Assembly (NCBI GenBank): GCA_049322675.1
Contig: JBMORM010000009.1
Location: 222,132-286,131 of the forward strand
DNA length: 64,000 nucleotides
Origin: Patescibacteria group bacterium
GTDB lineage: Bacteria > Patescibacteriota > JAHJAL01
Reading direction: 5' to 3'
The notes beneath the pieces were generated by a model that did no database searches, was not told the origin of the DNA, and saw nothing but the letters and a program-made list of their open reading frames with translations. This document shows positions 41,601-50,600 of this stretch, piece by piece. The number at the start of each line of letters is the position of its first letter. Within the stretch, counting starts at the first letter, position 1. Both the position numbers and the translations under genes were made by a program.

Positions 41601-44600
41601 GACGCAATATCTGGCTCGATGATTTTGAATCGATAAACAATTATTTGACTGATCCGACCGGGAGCGCTATTGCCTCCACCAGTAATCAATATTTACAGTA
41701 TCGCGCCATTTTAACATCCAATGACACCTTGCTTACTCCGTCTTTCAACGATATTAGTTTGGATTATTCACCTCAACAATCTTCGACTTTGAGCAGTGTG
41801 TCCTCATCGGCGGCTTATTTAAATAATTTAAATAAAAATAATTTCCCGATTACCTGTCAGGGAGTGACTGCCAGTGAACCGGACTTGACGATCACCTGTC
41901 AGGCATCTTTGAATCAGAGTAATTGGTACGATGTGACCAGTGCGAATAGCCCATTGTCCAATGCCGATCTAACGGGAAATGTGGATTTTGCCGGATGGAC
42001 CGGTTATCCGGAAGCGGACGGAGAATTGACTATTTACGCTAGAACTTCCGACGGCACTTATGCAAGTCAAATAGTAAATTTTGTCGTGAATAAAGATACC
42101 GTCGATCCAGCTATTAACACTATCAACAGTGTCGCCGGTTGGACTACCACGCCTTATTTTGACAATACCGATGATGGTAATACTGAGATCATTTTTGAGA
42201 CTAGCCCCGATACTCATAGTTGCCGCTGGGACGAAAATGATTTGAGTTTTACCGCTATGACCAATACTTGTACCGCGGTTGGGGATTGTCAAATCGATTT
42301 GACCGGTCAAGGAGCTAAAACGGTTTATATCAGCTGTGATGACACGGCCGGAAATATTTTGCACCCTTCACAAACTGTAAATTATACGATCGACAGCATT
42401 GCTCCGACTACCACTCCAACTTGTAGTCCAGCGGATAATACTTATTTCAAAGACAACTTGGCGGTGACTTGTGTCAGTGGTGAAGGTGGAGATTTGGTGC
42501 GATATACTAGCGACGGTACGGATCCGACCATTTCCTCCGATCAATGGTTTAACACCAATATCAACAACACTAGCGATCTCAAATTTATTTCCTGCGACTT
42601 GGCCGGCAACTGTCTGACGACTTTTAGTCAGTATCATTATATTTTGGATAATGTGGCGCCGCCGGCGCCGATCATAAATAATGAACCGCAATACACGGCG
42701 GGGACGACAAACGCAGTTAGTTCCAACACTGTTACCGATACAGGTGTTGGCGGGGTACAATATGAATTTTGCGCTGACAATACTCGATCAATGGATATAA
42801 ATTTGGCTTTAAATAAAACGGCAACAGCTTCGTGGACTTACACCACTCAAACCCCGGCACTCGCGGTCAATAATAACACTAATGATTTTTGGGGATCAGG
42901 TGGTTATCCGCCAGCTTGGATCAGGATCGATTTGGGCAGTAAACAAAATTTTAATCAATTGAAGCTCTTGCCACAAGGTTCGCCGACCGGTACGGTATAT
43001 TATCATATTCAGGGATCAGATGACGGCAACAATTTTACTACTATCATGGCCAACGCCTCAGCCAACACAGCCGGACCGACCTGGTCAACGCATAATTTTT
43101 CGATGCAGTCATATCGTTATGTCAGAATATATTGCAATGATTGGGCCAACTCATGGGTAGGCATTCGAGAAATTGAGATATACAATACCGCTGATCAGCC
43201 TACGGCAAGCTGCATATCGTCAGGCTGGAAAGATGTGTCAAATAATATTTTCGAAAATTTATTGGACAGTACCAAATACTATTATTTTGTTCGATCTAAA
43301 GACGCTTTAAACAATTTATCCGCTTGGAGCGCTTCGGTCAATTCGATTCAGGACAATGTCAAACCGGAAATTACGGGTATAAATTCTGTGGCGGGTGATA
43401 GTTTGGCGCCTTGGGCCGACAAGACTGATGATGGGGAAACGATTGTCAATTTTTCCAGTTCGGCGGATACGGCTGACTGTTTCTGGAATACCGATGACGT
43501 GGCTTACGAGGAGATGGCCAATTTGTGCGCTACTACTTCTGCTTGTACTTTGGACCAAGTCGGAGAAGGAAACCATACTGTCTTTATACGTTGCAGCGAT
43601 ATCGCCGGCAATACGATGGATAGTTCTTTGGTATTAAACTATGCCATTGATACTATTGCCCCGACCACGGCGCCAACGTGTATACCAGCCGACAATACAT
43701 ACTTTTACGATCAATTGGTTGCAGGATGCACGCCTGGTTTTGGCGGAACACTGGTTCGTTATACCAACAATGGAAATACACCGGGAGAGTTGTCCACGAT
43801 TTGGGAAAATGATCAAACGATCAATGCTACTACCACTTTTAAATTAATTTCGTGCGACGATGCCAACAATTGTTTTAATGAACATTCAACATACACATAC
43901 AATAAAGACACTTCTCCACCACCCACACCGGTAATGACGGCGGAACCACAATTGTCGCCCGGAACGACAAATACAGTCACCAGCAATACAGTTAACGACA
44001 CTGGTGTCGGTGGAGTCAATTATCAATTTTGTTTCAGTAATAGCGACTCGACAGAAAATTGTAATAGTTCGGCGTGGTTAACTACCAATTCATACACCTT
44101 TACCAATTTGGCTCATGAGGTAAAATATTATTATTTTGTCCGGAGTAAGGACGCTTTGAATAATACCAGTGTTTGGAGCGGCAGCACGTCGTCAACTCAG
44201 GACAATGTGGCTCCGGCGATTTTGTCGATTGAAAATATCGGTGGGGACGATACTTCACCGTATTTGGATAGTACGGACGATGGAGTAACGGTGGCCAATT
44301 TTATTTCCAGTCCGGATGCGGCTTCGTGTAGATGGGCAACCGTGGATGCAGATTATGATTTGATGGTTCACAATTGCAGCAGCACTGGTAGTTGCACTTT
44401 TAATCTCACCGGCCCTTCGACCAAAATGATATATTTGCGCTGCAAAGATACAGCGGGTAATAAAATGAATTATTCGACATTGATGATGTATGATGTCGAT
44501 ATTATCCCGACTATCAATAGTATTACTTACGTCGAGGATGACGCCAATGCGCCATATTTTGATTTGACAGACAATGGGGAAACGACGATTATCTTTGGCA

Positions 44601-47600
44601 CTTCCAACGATGCGACGGCTTGTCGATGGGATATAGCCGACAGAGAATATAGCCAGATGATCAATAATTGCAGCAGTACAGAAGAATGTACAGTTAATCT
44701 AACAGGACAAGGCGCTAAAACGGTTTATTTGCGTTGCGTTGATAACCAAAATCAATCGACAGTAAATGCTTTTGAAGTAAATTATACGATTGATTCGATC
44801 GCTCCGACGACGGCGCCAACTTGTACACCGGAATCACAAATGTTTGGCGGATCAATATCGGTAAATTGTCTTGCCGGAGAAGGAGGAAACATTATTCGAT
44901 ATTCCAACGATCCCAATGATTTGGTTGATTCATCCTCGAGTGCATGGTCCGATCGGGCCATTACGACAACCACCAATTTACAATTGATTAGTTGTGACGA
45001 GGCCAATAACTGTTTTCTGGAAGCTAGTCAGTACGATTACACCAAGGATGGCACTCCACCCCCTACTCCACTTATGATTACTGAACCAACTTATACGCGA
45101 GGGACTTCCAATACGATTCGTTCACAAACAGTAACCGATGGTGGCATTGGCGGCACGATTGAATATCAATTTGGCTGGAATTTGACCGGAACTGCCGGTA
45201 GCGGAATGACAGTTACAAGCGACTGGACAACAACCTCGGAAGCGATTTTCGGAAATTTGGCCGACAATACATATTATTATTTTGTTCGGGCTAGAGATGT
45301 TTTTGAAAATACAAGCGCGTGGAGTAGTCCGGTAGCTTCGATTCAAGATAATTTGGCGGCGACTTTGACGGAAATCAATTCGGTCGCTGGCGACACAACT
45401 CCCAATGAATGGGGAGACAACACAGATGATGCTTATACGGATGTTATTTACACAGCTGATCCCGATGTTTCTGACTGCAAATGGAGCGAAGAAGATCAAA
45501 CTTATGGAGCCATGCCCAATACCTGCAATAGCGTCAATCGCTGCATTTTGAACCTGACCGGCGAAGGCGAACATAATATATATTTGCGTTGTGCCGACAA
45601 AGCTGGAAATGCTGACGCGGTTTCTTATAATCTACAATATTTTATCGATACCGCGCCGCCGACTGCCAAACCGACATGCACGGCGACCGGAGTGATCGAC
45701 GGATATTTCGCAACAAGTGTAAATGTGACGTGCAGTCCGGGGACGGGAGGAGACGAAGTACGTTATACCACTGACAACACTATCCCCACCTGGCAATCAA
45801 CATTTTGGAATAATCGCAGTTTTAATCAAACAACTACTTTGAAGGCGATTAGTTGCGACTGGGCCAATAATTGTTTTGATGAAGTGGAAACCAACGTATA
45901 TACCCAAGATTTGGTAGCGCCGCCCTTGCCAGTCATGAACGCCGAACCGGCTTATACCGCCGGATTGACCAATCTGGTCAGTGGGACGACGGTAACAGAT
46001 GTTTTGCCGGGCGTTGGTTTGGTGACATATCAATTTAAAATGAAATATTATGATGGCAGCAGTTGGGCGGAATCAGCCACGGCTTGGCTGGACCAACCGG
46101 AATACAACTTTACTGGTTTAACCCATGGTCGCACATACTATTATGCCGTCCGGGCTCGAGATGGTTTAAATAATTTACCGCCGGACAACGCTTGGAGTAG
46201 CGAAGTTTCTTCTACGCAGGACAATAATTATCCGATGGTAACCGGAGTCAATTATGTAGTCGAAGATTACGATTTGCCTTATGTTGATGAGACGGATGAT
46301 AGCAACACTTATATCGAATACACTACTAGTGATTCACCAGTGACTTGCCGATGGAGTGATACCAATGAGAGTTATGGCGACATGGAAAATACTTGCGAGA
46401 ATACGAGCGGATGCACATTGACCTTGAATAATATTGGTGACAAAACAGTTTATATGCGTTGTACTGACGCAGCTAATAATCAGTCACCCACGTCATATCG
46501 TCTGGATTATCGCGTGGATCCCAATGGCGATGGCCGTCCGCCCCAAATTACCACTATCAATACCGTGGCCGGTGATAATACTAGTCCGTATTTTGATCAA
46601 ACAGACAATAGTCAAACTCTGGTGGAATATACCGCGACGACTGATGCCACCACTTGTCACTGGGGAACGGTCGAAGGAACATATAATGATTTGCCCAACA
46701 CTTGTACGAGTGTCAGTAATTGTAATTTGAATTTGGCTGGCAATGGTACCAAAACTATATATATGCGCTGTATCGATGGTGCCGGCAATAGACAGCGCAG
46801 TTCACGATTATTGGTTTATACTATTGATTCCTTACCGCCGACGGTCAATCTGGTGAGTGTGGCCGGCGACACGTTTGCTCCGTATTATGACACATCGGAT
46901 GACAATAACACGGTTATAAATATTAATAGTAATGATAATTTGACCGGAGTGCAAAACTGCCGCTGGGACGAAAATGACCAAAGTTATGGAGCGATGGCGA
47001 ATAATTGTGAAAATAATAATCAATGTAATTTTTCGACATACGAAGGAGAAAGTAATCACACGGGTTATATTCGTTGTACAGACAATATTGGTAATGCGAT
47101 GAGTAGTTCACAGACGGTTACTTTTGGTATTGACCAAACAGAACCGACGGTCAATAGTATCGTTGACGTGGCCGGAGATACCAGTACTCCGTATTATGAT
47201 CGAAGCAATAACACTGATACGGTGATTAATTTTAATTCATCAGACAATTTTTCCGGGGTGGCTGATTGCCGCTGGTCAACTACTGATATCGGTTATGACA
47301 ATATGTATTCGGGTGGCGAACCTGCTTATTATCGTAACTGCTCGACGAGCAGTTGCGCAGTGGGAAGTGATTACATTTACAATTCTTTCTGGGGTGAGGG
47401 CAATCATACAGTTTACTTGCGTTGTATTGATATTGCCGGCAATCGTACCTCAACCTCCTATCCAGTCAATTTGACAATCGATTCCATACCGCCAACCGTC
47501 AATTCAATAATTAGCGTAGAAAATGATCTGACAGCACCGTATTTTGATTATACTGACAATGCTTTGACAGAAATAAAATATAGCGCCAGCGATAATGCGC

Positions 47601-50600
47601 TGGGTATTGCCGGTTGTCGCTGGGATACAAATAATGTCAATTATGAAGTTATGGGACAAGACTGTGATATCAATGATGCTACTTGTGACATCAATGAGTC
47701 TGGTCAGGGTTGGCATAATGTTTTTCTCAAATGTATTGATCTGGCCGGAAATACCAATAGTTATAATACTTATGAATACAATGGCAATTTTGATGAAACA
47801 ATATTGGTTCCAGCCCTGCGAGCCAATTACTATATCGATACTTCAGCTTCCAATATCATAATTGATTCCGTAAATGGGCGGACCGATACTCAACATTATG
47901 ACGACAATACTGATGATGGGCAGACGGTGATCAATTTTCACAATGTTACCGCCTTGGACAGTAATACGGCAGCGGAAGATATTGCCGAATGTAAATGGGA
48001 TAGCGAGGACAAAACATATACAGAAATGACCCAGGTTTGTGCTTCGACTACTAGTTGCGTCAGTAATCTAACCGGGGAAGGAAACAAAACAATATTTATA
48101 CGCTGCAAGGATAATCAAGATAATATGACCGCCAGCAAACAAGTTGATTACAAAATTGACCTGACTCAACCACAGATAACCAATTTGATATCAGTAGCAG
48201 GTGATACGACAGTGCCATATTATGACACCAAACCGGATGACTTTTACTCTCAAGATTCTTGGCACAATCTATCAACAGCGATTTTTACAACTTCCGATAA
48301 TTTGGCCGGGGTCCAGACTTGTCGTTGGGATACAAGTGATAAAAATTATGACACGATGAGCAACGAATGTAATTCGGCCAGCAGTTGCGCAGTCAATATT
48401 GCCGATCAGGGCGTGCACAACGTATATGTCCGCTGCCGTGACTGGGCGGGGAATCCAATGAGTTCATCACTGAATTATGAATATACATACGATGTTCAGG
48501 GACCAACGATCAGTTTAAATGTCGTGGAAAATGATATGACTTTGCCATATTTTGACTATACCGACAACGGAAATACGGCGATTGATTTTGCAGTTGATGA
48601 TAATGTTTTGGGAGTAGCCGGTTGTAAATGGGATCACAACACAAGTAATTACAATTTGATGACTTACACTTGCGCCAATTTGGGATTGTGTATTTTTGAC
48701 ACAATGGGCGAAGAAGAACAGACGAATTATATTTCTTGTATCGACGAAGGTGGAAACGCTTCCAGTCAAACAGTAAATTATTGGATTGACACTCGCCCAC
48801 CGATAATTACCAGTATTACTTCGGTCGCTGGTGACACAACAGCCAATGATTACAATGACAATACTGACAATAGAGATACTTTGGTGATTTTTAATACCTT
48901 GGCTGAAGATACAGCTGAATGTAAATGGAGCCAAAATAATCTAGCCTACGATAGTATGAGTAATGTTTGCGAAGGAGCTGATCGCTGTCGTCTAAATTTG
49001 ACGGGCGACGGGGAAAAGACAGTTTATCTACGATGCAAAGATCAGCAAAATAAAAAAGCGATTGCGCCCTATGTTTTGTCTTACAATATTGATACCACAC
49101 CGCCAAACATAACTAGTATTACTCATGTGGCTTCGGATTATTCCGCTCCCTATTTTGATCCCAACATGGATTTTATAACTCCGATTAGTTTTTCATCTTA
49201 TGACAATGTTTCAGGAATCGAATCTTGCCAGTATCATATGGGTGATGCATTTTACAAATATAGTTGCGACAACAACAATCTGTGTACTGTCAGAGAATTT
49301 ACCGGTATTTCCAATCGTTATGGCAGTCATACGGCTTATATCAAATGCAAAGACTACGCTCAAAACGAGATGGTGGATTATTATCCGGTAAATTACACGA
49401 CAGATTATTACGGTCCGGATATCGACTTGATTAGTATCGCCGAGGACACTACAGCCCCATATTATGACACCTCCGATGATGGAAATACAGTGGTAAGGAT
49501 TGAAACCAGCGACTTGGCGGGGGCGACAGCTTGCCGGTGGGGTATCAATCCCGATCCAGTCCACTTGTTGGATTACAAGCCAAACTACAGTCAGTTGGAT
49601 AATATTTGCGAATCAACCGAACAATGCACTTTGTATTTGATGGGACAAGGAACGAAAACTATTTATATGCGGTGCATAGATAGCTTGGGTAATCAGACTA
49701 GTAGCAATGATAGTGAAAATCGGCCGTTTGTTTTTAATTACACCATTGATAGTTCAGCCGACGGGACTCCGCCGCGAATTAGCAAAATCAATTCAGTAGC
49801 CGGAGACACAACCGCAGTTTATTACGATAATTCCGACAATCAGGATACGGTGATCAGTTATCAAGTGGACGCTGATACCAATAACTGTAAATGGGATGTA
49901 GCAAATTTGAGTTATGACAATTTGGCCAATATTTGCGAAAGCACCAATACATGCAATTTGAATTTGGCGGGAGAAGGAGCGAAGAAAGTATATTTCAAAT
50001 GTATAGATAACGCCGGCAATAAAACTATTAATCCATATATTTTGCGTTACACGATCGACATCACCGCTCCCACTGTTTTAGATATAGTTACTATTGCCAG
50101 TGACCCCAATAATCCATATTTTGACAATACCGACGACGAACAAACTTTATTGCTTTACCACGCCAGTAGCGATACGGCGACCTGCAAATGGAGCACCAAC
50201 AACCAATCATATGCCGCCATGCCCAATACTTGCGCCTCAACCGAACAATGCAATTTTAACCTAAGTGGTTGGGGAGAAAAAAATGTCTTTATGCGCTGTA
50301 TAGACCATGCCGGCAATATTGGCTTATCTTCATACGCTATTAGTTATACTTTGGATGCCGGCGCCGATGGTACGCCGCCGATAATCCAATCCATTGATTC
50401 GGTTGCGGGTGATGAAACGCCAACTTATTATGACAGTAGCGACGATAGCAATACCGAGGTTTTATTTACTGCTTCACCCGACTCCACTCAATGTAAATGG
50501 AATACACTGGATGTCCCTTATGAACAAATGCAAAACTTCTGTGAATCAACCGGACAATGTATTCTCAATGTGAGCGGGCGCGGAGCAAAGACCGTGTTTA

